NCBI RefSeq assembly: GCF_013315695.1
Contig: NZ_CP054353.1
DNA length: 64,000 nt
Direction: 5' to 3' (one strand)
From: Escherichia coli
GTDB taxonomy: Bacteria > Pseudomonadota > Gammaproteobacteria > Enterobacterales > Enterobacteriaceae
Part shown: positions 17,531-31,883 of the stretch, one piece after another
Numbering within the stretch: the first letter of the stretch is position 1
How the letters are laid out: the number at the start of each line of letters is the position of its first letter
Notes under the pieces: model-generated
The model's input: the letters and a program-made list of their open reading frames with translations, nothing else
Databases searched by the model: none
What the model was told of the DNA's origin: nothing
Position numbers and translations under genes: made by a program

Positions 17531-17606
17531 TGGACGCTCCTAATTTTTCAGGACGTATTGCAACGATCCAGTCTGGTACTTTGATACCGTAAAATCTGGA
17601 GCGTCC
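17531..17606 (-). promoter_or_regulatory. RBS-sequestering hairpin in recombinase leader
   Basis: On minus-strand RNA, TGGACGCTCC (from 17606-17597) can pair with GGAGCGTCCA (17540-17531), which contains the GGAG Shine-Dalgarno immediately before the ATG. Confidence 0.4.
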
Positions 17607-17760
17607 ATCTCATTATCCCTGTAAAACGCGCCCTCAGCCCACATCCATGTGGGCTGCCCCGGCCTTCAGGGAACGCCTCGGCGATTTTGACGCCACCAAA
17701 CAACCGTGCGGCCTATTGATAAAGAGCTAACACATTGTCAAAAAACATCACTATGGTTTC

Positions 17761-18708
17761 TTAGAGTTTCTCGATATCAATTGCCTGAATAGCCCTTGCA
17801 ATATCAGGGGAATTATTCAACACCCGAACATGCTGAAATAATTCTGTTGCTTCATCGTATTCTTTACGCAAATAACTCAACCACTGTTTAATCCGCGCTA
17901 CGTGATATAACCCGGTATCGCCCTGCTTTTCCAGACGGGTATATTTTTGCAGCAAAGCAACTACCTCCGGCCACGGCATTCGCGGTTCGTTATATTTTAC
18001 CACCCGGCTCAGGTTGGGAATATTGAGCGCCCCGCGACCAATCATCACTGCGTCACAGCCGCTGATCGCCATGCATTGTTGCGCGCTCTGCCAGTCCCAG
18101 ATTTCACCGTTGGCAATCACCGGAATATTCAACCGCTGGCGAATCTCGCCAATCGCCTGCCAGTCAATATGCTCCGCGCGGTAACCCTGCTCTTTTGTCC
18201 GCCCATGTACTACCAGCTCCGTAGCGCCAGCCTGTTGCACCGCATCGGCGATTTCAAATTTCTTCTCACCGCTGTCCCAGCCCAGACGCACTTTTACGCT
18301 GACGGGCAAATGCGCCGGTACAGCTTCGCGCATCGCTTTTGCACCCTGATAGATGAGTTCAGGATCTTTGAGTAACGTCGCCCCACCGCCGCTACCGTTA
18401 ACCGTTTTCGACGGGCAGCCGCAATTGAGATCCACGCCCCAGGAACCTAACTCGACCGCACGGGCGGCATTCTCTGCCAGCCATTGTGGGAACTGACCTA
18501 ACAACTGCACGCGCACCAGCGTACCGGATGGTGTCCGGCTGGCGTTTTGTAGCTCAGGGCAAATGCGATGAAAGACTTTTACCGGCAGCAGTTGATCCAC
18601 CACGCGGACAAACTCGGTGATGCACAGATCGTAGTCGTTAACTTCGGTCAGCAATTCACGCACCAGAGAGTCGAGTACACCCTCCATCGGTGCCAGTAAC
18701 ACACGCAT
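17761..18708 (-). CDS. dusC: tRNA-dihydrouridine synthase C
   Basis: 315-aa Dus-family TIM-barrel flavoenzyme; recognised as DusC (YohI). Confidence 0.9.
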   Translation of the reverse strand: MRVLLAPMEGVLDSLVRELLTEVNDYDLCITEFVRVVDQLLPVKVFHRICPELQNASRTPSGTLVRVQLLGQFPQWLAENAARAVELGSWGVDLNCGCPSKTVNGSGGGATLLKDPELIYQGAKAMREAVPAHLPVSVKVRLGWDSGEKKFEIADAVQQAGATELVVHGRTKEQGYRAEHIDWQAIGEIRQRLNIPVIANGEIWDWQSAQQCMAISGCDAVMIGRGALNIPNLSRVVKYNEPRMPWPEVVALLQKYTRLEKQGDTGLYHVARIKQWLSYLRKEYDEATELFQHVRVLNNSPDIARAIQAIDIEKL

Positions 18709-18769
18709 ATCATCACCCGCAAAAAAATGAGGCGCTATGTTAGCGCCTATGGTCAGCGGATTAAAGTAC

Positions 18770-19963
18770 TCAGCGTGGTTGCAAACAGTTATCTTCTTTC
18801 CAGCCGTACAGCCACTCCATGCCGCGGTAAAACTCTGCCTGCGATTTCCCTTTCCACAGCAGGTTACGTACCTGGCGCTCTACTCCTGCGGCATGATAAA
18901 CCCGCCCCATTTCACGGGTCGACCAGATGATGCGCGCGGTGCGCGGTATACGTACCGACTCATACAGCGCAAAGGCTTGTGCCGCATCACCCTCACACTG
19001 CGCCAGCGCCTTACCCAGTGTTACCGCGTCTTCCAGCGCCATACAGGCACCCTGCGCCATATACTGCGCCACCGAATGGGCCGCATCGCCCACCAGCGTA
19101 ATGCGCTTCGTTCCCCACTTCGCTACCGGTTCACGGTCGGCGGTTGACCAGCGTCGCCAGGAGGTCGGTTTATCCAGCATCTGGCGCGGACGGGGGTGAA
19201 TCCCTTCAAAGTAAGAGAGCACTTCCTCTTTACTGCCATCTTTCACGCCCCACTCTTCCTGCTGGCGGCTGTGGAATGTCACCACCAGGTTATACTGCTT
19301 GCCGCCGCGTAAAGGGTAATGCACCAAGTGACAGCACGGCCCCGCCCACAGTACTGGTGCGTTAATGCGCAAATCTTCCGGCATATCGGCACAATCGATA
19401 ACCGCACGGTAGACCACATGCCCGGTGACACGCGGCGCATCGCCCAATAAGCTCTGGCGCACCACTGACTTCACGCCGTCACAGCCAATCAGAATATCGC
19501 CGATCCAACTATTGCCGCGATCGTCGAAAACGGTGACATCGTCTTCTGTCTCGCGAATATCCACGACGTTGGTGGAGGTGTGATATTCCACGTCCGGATG
19601 CGTCAGTACCGCTTCCCACACCGAGGCATGAATATCAACCCGGTGGATCACCGCGTAAGGGCCGCCGAAATGATCGCGAAAGGCCTGACCGGTTTCAATG
19701 CGCACCACTTCTTCGGCGTTTACCGCATCCATCATGGTGATGTGATCGGTGAATACCGCGCGCTGGCGGGCGATTTCGCCGACGCCGAGGCTATCCAACG
19801 CCGAAAACGCATTTGGCCCCAACTGGATACCTGCGCCAATCTCACCGATCTCATGCGCCTTTTCCAGCAGCACCACTTTGATCCCCTGGCGGGCCAGTGA
19901 CAACGCAGTTGCCGCACCGCCGATCCCGCCTCCCACAATTACTGCGCGTGTCACTTTAGTCAT
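18770..19963 (-). CDS. mhbM: 3-hydroxybenzoate 6-hydroxylase (FAD-dependent monooxygenase)
   Basis: N-terminal GGGIGG FAD-binding fold, salicylate-hydroxylase-like; last gene of mhb-type cluster. Confidence 0.7.
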   Translation of the reverse strand: MTKVTRAVIVGGGIGGAATALSLARQGIKVVLLEKAHEIGEIGAGIQLGPNAFSALDSLGVGEIARQRAVFTDHITMMDAVNAEEVVRIETGQAFRDHFGGPYAVIHRVDIHASVWEAVLTHPDVEYHTSTNVVDIRETEDDVTVFDDRGNSWIGDILIGCDGVKSVVRQSLLGDAPRVTGHVVYRAVIDCADMPEDLRINAPVLWAGPCCHLVHYPLRGGKQYNLVVTFHSRQQEEWGVKDGSKEEVLSYFEGIHPRPRQMLDKPTSWRRWSTADREPVAKWGTKRITLVGDAAHSVAQYMAQGACMALEDAVTLGKALAQCEGDAAQAFALYESVRIPRTARIIWSTREMGRVYHAAGVERQVRNLLWKGKSQAEFYRGMEWLYGWKEDNCLQPR

Positions 19964-19977
19964 TATGGTTCTCCTGG

Positions 19978-20637
19978 TCAGGCTGAAATTTTATCTTGTT
20001 GATTTTCTGGCGCTGCGGCAATGAACGCTGGCAGCTGCGTGCAGGCGTCGTACACCGCTTTGCAGCGCGGATACCCGCTCAGATCGCAGTTCATACGTAG
20101 CGCGTTCGCCCACTGTGGAACAAGGCAGCAATCTGCCAGCGTCGGCGTCTCGCCCACACAAAATTGCCCCGACTGGCTCTGGCGCAGTAGCTGTTCCACC
20201 GCGCTTAACCCTTGCTGGATCCAGTGCGCATACCAGCGTTTTTTATCTTCTTCACTGACGTTCAGCTCTTCGGTCAGGTAGCGCAGCACGCGTAGGTTAT
20301 TCAATGGATGAATATCGCAGGCGATGGCATAGACAATTTCCAGCACCTTGTTGCGGGCCGGTTCTTCCTGCGGCATCAGCGGAACTTGCGGGTAGTGACT
20401 CTCCAGCCAGTCAATAATCGCCAGCGATTGTCCGAGTGATTCGCCCTCGTCGGTCAGCAGCGTCGGCACCAGCCCGACCGGATTCATCCGCCGGTAGGCC
20501 AGTTCGTTTTGCTGACCAATGCGGATATTCACCCCTTCGGTCTGGTAATCGATACCCTTCAGCGCCAGCGCAATGCGCACCCGGTAAGACGCTGAACTAT
20601 TAAAAAAACTGTACAGCTTCATCATCACCTCAGACAA
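19978..20637 (-). CDS. mhbI: Maleylpyruvate isomerase (zeta-class glutathione S-transferase)
   Basis: GST-fold N-terminus ([18 protein letters not shown]) typical of maleylacetoacetate/maleylpyruvate isomerases. Confidence 0.7.
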   Translation of the reverse strand: MSEVMMKLYSFFNSSASYRVRIALALKGIDYQTEGVNIRIGQQNELAYRRMNPVGLVPTLLTDEGESLGQSLAIIDWLESHYPQVPLMPQEEPARNKVLEIVYAIACDIHPLNNLRVLRYLTEELNVSEEDKKRWYAHWIQQGLSAVEQLLRQSQSGQFCVGETPTLADCCLVPQWANALRMNCDLSGYPRCKAVYDACTQLPAFIAAAPENQQDKISA

Positions 20638-21331
20638 TCTTCACCGCGATAGGCGTTAAGCCCTCGACGTTGCCCGTGATCACATCACCTTTGACTACTG
20701 GGCCAACCCCTTCCGGCGTACCTGTAAAGATTAGATCGCCCGGTTGCAGTTCAAAGAAGCCTGACAGGTAGCTGATGGTTTCATTCACTGACCAGATGAG
20801 ATGACGAATATCGCTGCGCTGATGATCTTCGCCGTTAACCTGTAACCAGATAGGTGCGTTATCAATACCGCCAGTTTCGCTGGCTTTGTGCAGCGGCGCG
20901 ATGGGGGCCGAGAGATCGAACGCTTTGCCGATTTCCCACGGGCGGCCCATCTGGCGCATTTCCATTTGACGGTCACGGCGAGTCATATCAAGACCCGTGG
21001 CATAACCCCAGACATATTCATGGGCGTTTTCCAGCGGGATATCACTGCCTTTTTTACCAATCGCCACCACCAGTTCAATTTCATAATGGTAGTTATCGGT
21101 CTGCGCCGGATACGGCAGCGCCAGCGTTTCGCCAGCGGCAACCGGAACAACGGCATCCGCCGGTTTGCAGAAGAAGAATGGCGGTTCACGATCCGGATCA
21201 AAGCCCATTTCACGGGCGTGGGCGGCATAGTTACGTCCGACGCAGTAAACGCGGCGTACGGGGAATTGTTCATCACTGCCAACAACCGGTACGGTAACGG
21301 GCGCTTGTGGTTCGAATACGTATTGAGTCAT
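20630..21331 (-). CDS. mhbH: Fumarylpyruvate hydrolase (FAH family)
   Basis: FAH-family pattern ([16 protein letters not shown]...). Confidence 0.7.
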   Translation of the reverse strand: MTQYVFEPQAPVTVPVVGSDEQFPVRRVYCVGRNYAAHAREMGFDPDREPPFFFCKPADAVVPVAAGETLALPYPAQTDNYHYEIELVVAIGKKGSDIPLENAHEYVWGYATGLDMTRRDRQMEMRQMGRPWEIGKAFDLSAPIAPLHKASETGGIDNAPIWLQVNGEDHQRSDIRHLIWSVNETISYLSGFFELQPGDLIFTGTPEGVGPVVKGDVITGNVEGLTPIAVKIV

Positions 21332-21346
21332 TTTCTCTCTCCCAAA

Positions 21347-22375
21347 TTAATAACGCGCTTCGCGGAACAGCCCCAGGGCTTCTTGTACCGGTCTGTCCGA
21401 AAAACTAAATAAAACGGTATCTTGCGTGGTCTGGAACGACACGCCGTGCCAGGTCGGCACCACGAAGATATCTTTTGCACTAAAGCTGAAGGTTTCATTG
21501 CCGATAGTGACCTGCCCGCTACCTTCCACCACATGGTAGATGGTGCTGTCAGTGGTACGCGCCACGCGTGAGGCAAACCCTTTCGGCAGCAGTTGCAGGA
21601 AAGCGCCCATCGACGGCATCGGATAGCCACCGGTGACCGGGTTGACGTAGCGCATTTTGTAGCCATCCCACTCATCGGCATCGCCCAGGCGGGTTAAATC
21701 GTGTAGCACTTCGCGGCTACGCTCATAACGGTAGTTAAAGATGGGCGAGGAGTTCCCGGTCTGATGGCGCAGCGGCAACATATTGGCAGCGTAACGCGGC
21801 AGATAATCGCCCTCTTTACGCGTTACTGGTTGTTGCTCCTCCGGGTAATCTTCGGCAAAACCGCAGCCCAGAGTGTTCACTAATGGCAGATCCAGCCCAT
21901 CGAGCCAGATAACCGGTTCGTCGCCAGGGTTACCGTGATCGTGCCAGCGCCACTGCGGGGTCAGGATAAAATCGCCCTCATTCATTGGCGTGCGTTCGCC
22001 ATCAACGGCGGTGAATGCCCCTTTACCTTCAACAATAAAACGCAGCGCCGACTGGTTATGGCGATGACTCGGTGCCACTTCGCCCGGCATGATCAGTTGC
22101 AAACCGGCATATAAAGTCGCGGTGATGGAAGACTGCCCGCGCAGCGCCGGGTTTTCCAGCACCAGCACGCGGCGCACGGCTTCTTTCGCGCCAATCAGGC
22201 TGCCGCTCTCCAGCAGCAGCGGGCGGATCTCCTGATAATTCCAGTACGCTGGCGCACAGTTAGCGTTGGGCGTTTTTGGCACCAGATGGTGCAGTGACTC
22301 CCACAGAGGGGTCAGGTTTTGCCCGGAAATATACTGATAAAATTGCTCGCGGCTATTTTGATTGTTATCAGTCAT
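21347..22375 (-). CDS. mhbD: Gentisate 1,2-dioxygenase (bicupin)
   Basis: 342-aa cupin protein with His-rich metal motif ([13 protein letters not shown]) and gentisate-dioxygenase-like N-terminus. Confidence 0.75.
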   Translation of the reverse strand: MTDNNQNSREQFYQYISGQNLTPLWESLHHLVPKTPNANCAPAYWNYQEIRPLLLESGSLIGAKEAVRRVLVLENPALRGQSSITATLYAGLQLIMPGEVAPSHRHNQSALRFIVEGKGAFTAVDGERTPMNEGDFILTPQWRWHDHGNPGDEPVIWLDGLDLPLVNTLGCGFAEDYPEEQQPVTRKEGDYLPRYAANMLPLRHQTGNSSPIFNYRYERSREVLHDLTRLGDADEWDGYKMRYVNPVTGGYPMPSMGAFLQLLPKGFASRVARTTDSTIYHVVEGSGQVTIGNETFSFSAKDIFVVPTWHGVSFQTTQDTVLFSFSDRPVQEALGLFREARY

Positions 22376-22386
22376 TGGGATGCTCC

Positions 22387-23745
22387 TTATTCGTTCACAA
22401 CACCTGCGTGAGGCAGTGAGTCAGGGACAGAGGTCGACTGGCGAACCACGGTGATCAGCAGGGTTAACATCACCGCACTGATCGCCGCGGGCACAGCGAT
22501 AATGAAAAACAGAGTGTCGAAAGAGAAATTCATCGCCATCATCACGCCGCCAGACAGCGAGCCAACAATCGCGCCGCAGCGGCCCACGGCGTTTGACCAG
22601 CTCACGCCCGTGGCGCGACTTTGTGTTGGATAAAGTGTTGCGGTCAGCGCATTCAGCCCCACCTGCGATCCGCTGATGCCAATGCCGGTGCCGAAAATCG
22701 CCAGCGCCATTAGCCATAATCCGTCCTGGCTTAAGCCAATCATCACGATGCATACAGCGCCTATGGCATAGCTCAGCGCCAGTACGCGGAAAGGATTGAA
22801 CTTATCCATCAGCACGCCCAGCGCCAGCGCGCCCAACGTACCGCCAATCTGGAACGCGGCGGTAACCCAGGAGGCATGTTGCAGGTCGATGCCGCGATGG
22901 TTGAGCAGCGTTGGCATCCAGCTTGAGAGCAGGTAAATAATCAGCAAGCTCATAAAGAACACCACCCACAGCATCAACGTGATGGGTAACTGACGCCCCA
23001 TAAACAGTTGACGAATGCTGCCTTTTGTAACGGAGGCTGATTCAATGAGATAAAAGTGGGTATCGACATAACGCTCGCGGGTGATGGCGCTGACGGTTTT
23101 CGCAATCACCGCCTGGGGTAGCTGGCGGCGCACCTGCCAGCGTGGCGATTCCGGCAGAACCACCAGCAGTGCAACAAACAGCATCAGCGGTAATACGCCA
23201 CCCAACACCAGGATCCCGTGCCAGCCAATCACCGGCACCAGCTGCGCGCTGACAATCCCACCAAACGCCGAACCCAGGGTAAAGCCGCAAAACATCAGCG
23301 TCACCAGCGCGCCGCGGCGGCGGGCAGGCAGATATTCCGAGGTCATGGTAATTGTGTTTGGCATCGCGCCACCCAGCCCAAGGCCGGTGAGGAAACGGAG
23401 GAATACTAGCGTTTGCAGATCCGGTGAGAAAGCCGAGGCGAGGCTTAACGCGCCAAACAAAAAGACGCACAGCTCAATCACCCGTTTGCGGCCAAAGCGA
23501 TCGGACAACGGACCACAAAGCAGTGCGCCTGCGGTTAACCCCAGCAGACCCGCGCCAAAAAGCGGGGCGAGATCGCCTGCGGTGAGTTGCCAGTGAGTGC
23601 GAATATCAGGGGCGATAAAGCCGATAGCCGCGGTGTCAAAACCATCGAGCATTACCACCAGAAAACAGCAGATGATAACGCGCCACTGCATCTTGCCGAC
23701 CGGAGCAGCATCGATCAGTGCTTGTAAATCACGTCGTTGAGTCAT
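22387..23745 (-). CDS. mhbT: MFS aromatic-acid transporter (3-hydroxybenzoate transporter-like)
   Basis: 452-aa, 12-TM MFS profile; first gene of the catabolic operon. Confidence 0.7.
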   Translation of the reverse strand: MTQRRDLQALIDAAPVGKMQWRVIICCFLVVMLDGFDTAAIGFIAPDIRTHWQLTAGDLAPLFGAGLLGLTAGALLCGPLSDRFGRKRVIELCVFLFGALSLASAFSPDLQTLVFLRFLTGLGLGGAMPNTITMTSEYLPARRRGALVTLMFCGFTLGSAFGGIVSAQLVPVIGWHGILVLGGVLPLMLFVALLVVLPESPRWQVRRQLPQAVIAKTVSAITRERYVDTHFYLIESASVTKGSIRQLFMGRQLPITLMLWVVFFMSLLIIYLLSSWMPTLLNHRGIDLQHASWVTAAFQIGGTLGALALGVLMDKFNPFRVLALSYAIGAVCIVMIGLSQDGLWLMALAIFGTGIGISGSQVGLNALTATLYPTQSRATGVSWSNAVGRCGAIVGSLSGGVMMAMNFSFDTLFFIIAVPAAISAVMLTLLITVVRQSTSVPDSLPHAGVVNE

Positions 23746-23871
23746 AGTAAATGCCTCAGTGCAGGTAAGGTAGATGTTTCTTTTGTTTTATGTATGTTGC
23801 GATATTGTGATTAAAGAGATGAAATGTACAATGGCATTTCGGGCAGAGAGATAACCTGGAGGTTATGGCAA

Positions 23872-24780
23872 ATGGCAAACTGGGCGCAGAAACTAAAGCT
23901 TCATCACCTGCAAATGCTGGTGGCGCTGGGTGAACAGGGCAATCTGACCCATGTGGCGCGGATGATGAATATCACCCAGCCTGCGCTGTCGAAATGGTTG
24001 TCACAACTCGAAGATGAGATCGGCCTCACACTCTTTGAGCGGCACAGCAAAGGGTTACGCCCTACCGAAGGCGGTAGATTGTTATTGCAACATGCCCAGC
24101 GGTTAATCAATGACATGGAGCGCTCGCAACATGAACTGGCCCGTTTTAAACAAGGTGGGCTGGTCGGCAGTCTGAAAATTGGCTGTTCTCCCGTCGCCAC
24201 TGACTGCGTATCACAGGCGATTTTGCATTTGCTCAAGGAGATGCCAACTCTACACCTGAATATTGAAGAGAAGGTTATGACCCCATTGCTGCAAGATCTG
24301 TTGGCAGGTTCTGTCGACGTGGTCGTTGGGCGAATTGGCGGTCGCGCCTTGCAGCTGCCACTGAATTATAAGGTGCTCTACACCGAGCCGGTGTGTTTTG
24401 TCGCCCGTGCTGAGCATCCACTGGCGAAATACGCCACCCTCAGCTGGAATGATCTTGCTAACTGGCGGTGGATAGTCTGGCCGACAGGTACCCCCATTCG
24501 CATCAGTATTGATAATGCGCTGGTAGACCACGGCGTGATGCTGCCAGAAAACACGATTGAGTCGGCGTCGATGAACGTCAGTACCAACCTGTTACAAAGC
24601 AGCGATATGATCTCTATTTTGTCATTACGCCTGGCGCAACGTTATGCCAGCCAGGGACAACTGGTGATCCTCAACCTGCCAAAGATAGAACAGAAAGGCA
24701 GCGTCGGTGTGTTCTGGCGCAATAACGAAACGCCTTCTTATGCTTTAAGTCAGTTTCTGCACTTTTTACAGCAGAATTAG
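23872..24780 (+). CDS. mhbR: LysR-family transcriptional regulator of the gentisate cluster
   Basis: N-terminal LysR HTH (LQMLVALGEQGNLTHVARMMNITQPALSKWLSQLE); divergent from operon; start set at MANWAQK with GGAGG RBS. Confidence 0.75.
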   Translation: MANWAQKLKLHHLQMLVALGEQGNLTHVARMMNITQPALSKWLSQLEDEIGLTLFERHSKGLRPTEGGRLLLQHAQRLINDMERSQHELARFKQGGLVGSLKIGCSPVATDCVSQAILHLLKEMPTLHLNIEEKVMTPLLQDLLAGSVDVVVGRIGGRALQLPLNYKVLYTEPVCFVARAEHPLAKYATLSWNDLANWRWIVWPTGTPIRISIDNALVDHGVMLPENTIESASMNVSTNLLQSSDMISILSLRLAQRYASQGQLVILNLPKIEQKGSVGVFWRNNETPSYALSQFLHFLQQN

Positions 24781-24874
24781 TGTGCTGAACTGGGCGCTCG
24801 CCCGAGGTTACGTCCCTAAAATTCAACTATGCTGAGAATTCTTAATGTGATCGGTAGCACGTTTTACGAATTAA

Positions 24875-26001
<1,127 letters not shown>

Positions 26002-26130
26002 AATTTGCGATGCGTCGCGCATTTTTGATGTAAGTTTCACGCGTTGCATAATTAATGAGATTCAGATCACATATAAAGCCATAACGGGTTCGTAAACTGT
26101 TATCCCATTACATGATTATGAGGCAACGCC

Positions 26131-28126
<1,996 letters not shown>

Positions 28127-28319
28127 TATTTTCCCTTTTCTGTTAATTATTGAGAATAATTATTACTTCACTTAATAAGCTGCGGATATAACATTCTGAA
28201 CCGCAGCTATTTGTGAATCCTTTCACAGTTTAAATTTCCCCACGCGCATAGCCTTAATATCAGCACGCAATATTTATTTAGCGTTCGCCTTAATTACTCA
28301 TAGCATTAAGGAAGATCAC

Positions 28320-29558
28320 ATGCCGCAACAAAATTATCTGGATGAACTCACTCCGGCTTTTACGCCTTTACTGGCGATTAAAGAAGCCTCTCGCTGTTTA
28401 TTATGTCATGACGCTCCCTGTAGTCAGGCTTGCCCGGCACAGACCGATCCGGGGAAATTTATTCGCTCAATCTACTTTCGTAATTTTAAAGGTGCTGCCG
28501 AGACAATTCGCGAAAATAATGCCCTCGGTGCCGTTTGTGCCAGAGTGTGCCCGACGGAGAAATTATGCCAAAGCGGTTGTACACGTGCCGGTGTTGATAC
28601 TCCCATTGATATCGGTCGCTTACAGCGTTTTGTTACTGATTTTGAACAACAAACTGGGATGGAAATTTATCAGCCCGGTACTAAAACGCTCGGCAAAGTC
28701 GCGATTATTGGCGCGGGTCCTGCCGGATTGCAGGCCAGTGTGACACTGACAAACCAGGGTTATGACGTCACGATCTATGAGAAAGAAGCACAACCCGGTG
28801 GCTGGTTGCGTAACGGCATTCCGCAATTCCGGTTACCGCAATCAGTACTGGATGCAGAAATCGCCCGTATTGAAAAAATGGGCGTGACCATTAAATGCAA
28901 TAACGAAATCGGTAACACACTCACCCTGGAGCAGCTGAAAGCGGAAAACCGCGCGGTACTGGTCACAGTGGGGTTATCGAGCGGTTCGGGGCTACCACTG
29001 TTTGAGCATAGCAACGTTGAGATTGCCGTCGACTTCTTGCAACGTGCACGACAGGCGCAAGGCGATATCAGCATTCCACAAAGCGCATTAATTATCGGCG
29101 GCGGTGATGTCACGATGGACGTAGCCAGCACGCTGAAAGTTCTCGGCTGTCAGGCAGTAACTTGCGTAGCGCGTGAAGAGTTAGATGAGTTTCCGGCAAG
29201 CGAAAAAGAGTTTGCCAGCGCCCGGGAGCTGGGCGTTTCGATCATTGATGGATTCACGCCAGTAGCCGTGGAAGGCAATAAAGTCACGTTTAAGCATGTA
29301 CGGTTACCGGGCGAACTGACGATGGCGGCAGATAAAATTATTCTCGCCGTCGGTCAGCATGCCAGACTGGATGCCTTTGCGGAGTTAGAGCCGCAGCGTA
29401 ACACCATCAAAACACAAAATTATCAGACCCGCGATCCGCAAGTCTTTGCTGCTGGCGATATTGTTGAGGGTGACAAAACCGTGGTCTATGCCGTGAAAAC
29501 CGGGAAAGAAGCCGCCGAGGCGATTCATCACTATTTAGAGGGAGCTTGCTCATGTTAA
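28320..29558 (+). CDS. preT: NAD-dependent dihydropyrimidine dehydrogenase subunit PreT
   Basis: FeS cysteine clusters plus FAD/NAD Rossmann motif (IIGAGPAG). Confidence 0.85.
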   Translation: MPQQNYLDELTPAFTPLLAIKEASRCLLCHDAPCSQACPAQTDPGKFIRSIYFRNFKGAAETIRENNALGAVCARVCPTEKLCQSGCTRAGVDTPIDIGRLQRFVTDFEQQTGMEIYQPGTKTLGKVAIIGAGPAGLQASVTLTNQGYDVTIYEKEAQPGGWLRNGIPQFRLPQSVLDAEIARIEKMGVTIKCNNEIGNTLTLEQLKAENRAVLVTVGLSSGSGLPLFEHSNVEIAVDFLQRARQAQGDISIPQSALIIGGGDVTMDVASTLKVLGCQAVTCVAREELDEFPASEKEFASARELGVSIIDGFTPVAVEGNKVTFKHVRLPGELTMAADKIILAVGQHARLDAFAELEPQRNTIKTQNYQTRDPQVFAAGDIVEGDKTVVYAVKTGKEAAEAIHHYLEGACSC

Positions 29559-30787
29559 CGAAAGATCTTTCGATTACTTTTTGCGGCGTGAAGTTTCCCA
29601 ACCCGTTCTGCCTCTCTTCTTCGCCTGTAGGCAACTGCTATGAGATGTGTGCCAAAGCCTACGACACAGGCTGGGGCGGCGTGGTGTTTAAAACGATCGG
29701 CTTTTTTATCGCCAACGAAGTCTCGCCGCGTTTTGATCATCTGGTGAAAGAAGATACCGGTTTTATCGGCTTCAAAAATATGGAGCAGATTGCTGAACAT
29801 CCGTTGGAAGATAATCTGGCCGCCCTGCGTCGGCTGAAAGAAGATTATCCGGACAAAGTATTGATCGCTTCAATCATGGGCGAAAATGAGCAGCAATGGG
29901 AAGAGCTGGCGCGTCTGGTGCAAGAAGCTGGCGCGGATATGATCGAGTGTAACTTCTCCTGTCCGCAAATGACTTCTCATGCGATGGGTAGCGATGTCGG
30001 GCAAAGCCCGGAGCTGGTAGAAAAATATTGTCGGGCAGTAAAACGTGGTTCCACGCTGCCAATGCTGGCGAAGATGACGCCGAATATCGGTGATATGTGC
30101 GAAGTGGCGCTGGCGGCGAAGCGCGGCGGCGCAGATGGCATTGCGGCGATTAACACCGTTAAATCCATCACCAATATCGATCTTAATCAGAAAATCGGTA
30201 TGCCGATCGTTAACGGTAAATCGAGTATTTCCGGATATTCCGGTAAAGCGGTAAAACCGATCGCCCTGCGCTTCATTCAGCAAATGCGTACCCATCCAGA
30301 GCTGCGCGATTTCCCGATCAGCGGTATCGGCGGTATTGAAACCTGGGAAGATGCGGCAGAGTTTTTATTGCTCGGTGCAGCGACGTTGCAGGTGACCACC
30401 GGCATTATGCAGTACGGGTATCGGATAGTGGAAGATATGGCGAGCGGGTTGTCGCATTATCTCGCCGATCAAGGGTTTGATTCGTTGCAGGAGATGGTAG
30501 GTCTGGCGAATAACAATATTGTCCCGGCGGAAGATTTAGACCGCAGTTATATTGTCTATCCCCATATCAATCTTGATAAATGTGTTGGCTGTGGACGCTG
30601 TTATATTTCCTGTTACGACGGCGGTCACCAGGCGATGGAATGGAGCGAGAAAACCCGTACACCGCATTGTAATACCGAGAAATGTGTGGGTTGCCTGCTT
30701 TGTGGTCACGTCTGCCCGGTGGGTTGTATTGATCTCGGAGAAGTGAAGTTTAAGAAGGGAGAGAAAGAACACCCGGTAACGTTGTAA
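29552..30787 (+). CDS. preA: NAD-dependent dihydropyrimidine dehydrogenase subunit PreA
   Basis: Dihydroorotate-dehydrogenase-like TIM barrel with C-terminal 4Fe-4S ferredoxin motifs. Confidence 0.85.
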   Translation: MLTKDLSITFCGVKFPNPFCLSSSPVGNCYEMCAKAYDTGWGGVVFKTIGFFIANEVSPRFDHLVKEDTGFIGFKNMEQIAEHPLEDNLAALRRLKEDYPDKVLIASIMGENEQQWEELARLVQEAGADMIECNFSCPQMTSHAMGSDVGQSPELVEKYCRAVKRGSTLPMLAKMTPNIGDMCEVALAAKRGGADGIAAINTVKSITNIDLNQKIGMPIVNGKSSISGYSGKAVKPIALRFIQQMRTHPELRDFPISGIGGIETWEDAAEFLLLGAATLQVTTGIMQYGYRIVEDMASGLSHYLADQGFDSLQEMVGLANNNIVPAEDLDRSYIVYPHINLDKCVGCGRCYISCYDGGHQAMEWSEKTRTPHCNTEKCVGCLLCGHVCPVGCIDLGEVKFKKGEKEHPVTL

Positions 30788-30794
30788 AATCAGA

Positions 30795-30843
30795 GACGCA
30801 TCCGGCATTTGGCACCGATTGCCGGATGCAGCGCATCCGGCAA
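30795..30843. repeat. REP-type palindromic unit(s) (BIME-like)
   Basis: GACGCATCCGGCA ... TTGCCGGATGCAGCGCATCCGGCAA between convergent preA and mglC. Confidence 0.6.
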
Positions 30844-30857
30844 TACCCACATTCACA

Positions 30858-31868
30858 TCATTTCTTACGCGCGTATTTCAGTGAATCCAGCGCTACGGCG
30901 AAGATAATAATCGCCCCTTTGATGATGTACTGCCAGTATGGGTTTACGCCGATATACGTCAGGCCATAGTTGATGACGGTAAAAATAATTACCCCGGTCA
31001 CCACGCCAATCACCGTCCCCACACCGCCGCTGAACGATACGCCGCCCACCACGCACGCCGCGATAGCATCCAGTTCATACATAAAGCCGAGGTTGTTGGT
31101 GGCAGAGCCGATACGTCCGGCTTCTAACATCCCGCCGAAGGCATAGAACACACCAGACAACGCGTAGATCATCAGCAGGTTCAGGCCGACGTTGACACCA
31201 GATACTTTCGCCGCTTCCGGGTTACCGCCAATGGCAAAAATGTTCTTACCGAAGCGGGTTTTGTTCCACAACACCCAGACGAACGCCACCGCAATCAACG
31301 CGTAGAAGGTGATGTAAGAGAGACGGAAACTCCCCAGCGCGACAAAGCCCTGAGCAAAGGTAGAGAAGCCACTGTCAAAACCAGAAATTGGCGACGCCCC
31401 GACAAAGTCGTAATAGAGCGAGTTGATGCCATAGACGATGATCATCGTGCCGAGCGTGGTAATGAACGGCGTCACGTTGAGATAGGCGATAATCAGACCG
31501 TTGATCAAACCGATCACCGCACCAATGGCACAGACAATCAGAATAACCAGCGCAATCGGCATCGTCGCCATTTCCGGGAACACTTTGTTAGCGTTATCCA
31601 TGGACTGCAATAACGTCGCTGCCACCACTGCCGCCAGCCCCACCTGGCGACCTGCAGAAAGGTCGGTCCCCTGGGTGACAATTAACCCTGCCACACCGAG
31701 CGCGATAATAATACGCACCGATGACTGGGTGAGAATATTACTTAAGTTCAACAGACTTAAAAATGTTGGGTCCTGGAAAATAATAATCGCCAGCAAAACT
31801 AAAAGAACGACGTAAATACCGCCCTCTTTCAGGTAAGTAAGAAAACTTTTCTTATTTAACGCACTCAT
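30858..31868 (-). CDS. mglC: Galactose/methyl-galactoside ABC transporter permease
   Basis: 336-aa multi-TM permease; mglBAC operon context. Confidence 0.9.
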   Translation of the reverse strand: MSALNKKSFLTYLKEGGIYVVLLVLLAIIIFQDPTFLSLLNLSNILTQSSVRIIIALGVAGLIVTQGTDLSAGRQVGLAAVVAATLLQSMDNANKVFPEMATMPIALVILIVCAIGAVIGLINGLIIAYLNVTPFITTLGTMIIVYGINSLYYDFVGASPISGFDSGFSTFAQGFVALGSFRLSYITFYALIAVAFVWVLWNKTRFGKNIFAIGGNPEAAKVSGVNVGLNLLMIYALSGVFYAFGGMLEAGRIGSATNNLGFMYELDAIAACVVGGVSFSGGVGTVIGVVTGVIIFTVINYGLTYIGVNPYWQYIIKGAIIIFAVALDSLKYARKK

Positions 31869-31883
31869 GGGAAGCCCCTAATC

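Larger units (their letters stand above)
16243..17606 (-). mobile_element. IS110-family (IS1111-like) insertion sequence; boundaries approximate
   Basis: Recombinase gene flanked by inverted 11-mers ATGGACGCTCC (16243-16253) and GGAGCGTCCAT (17596-17606), ~1.36 kb apart; sits exactly at the aqpZ|dusC junction. Confidence 0.4.
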
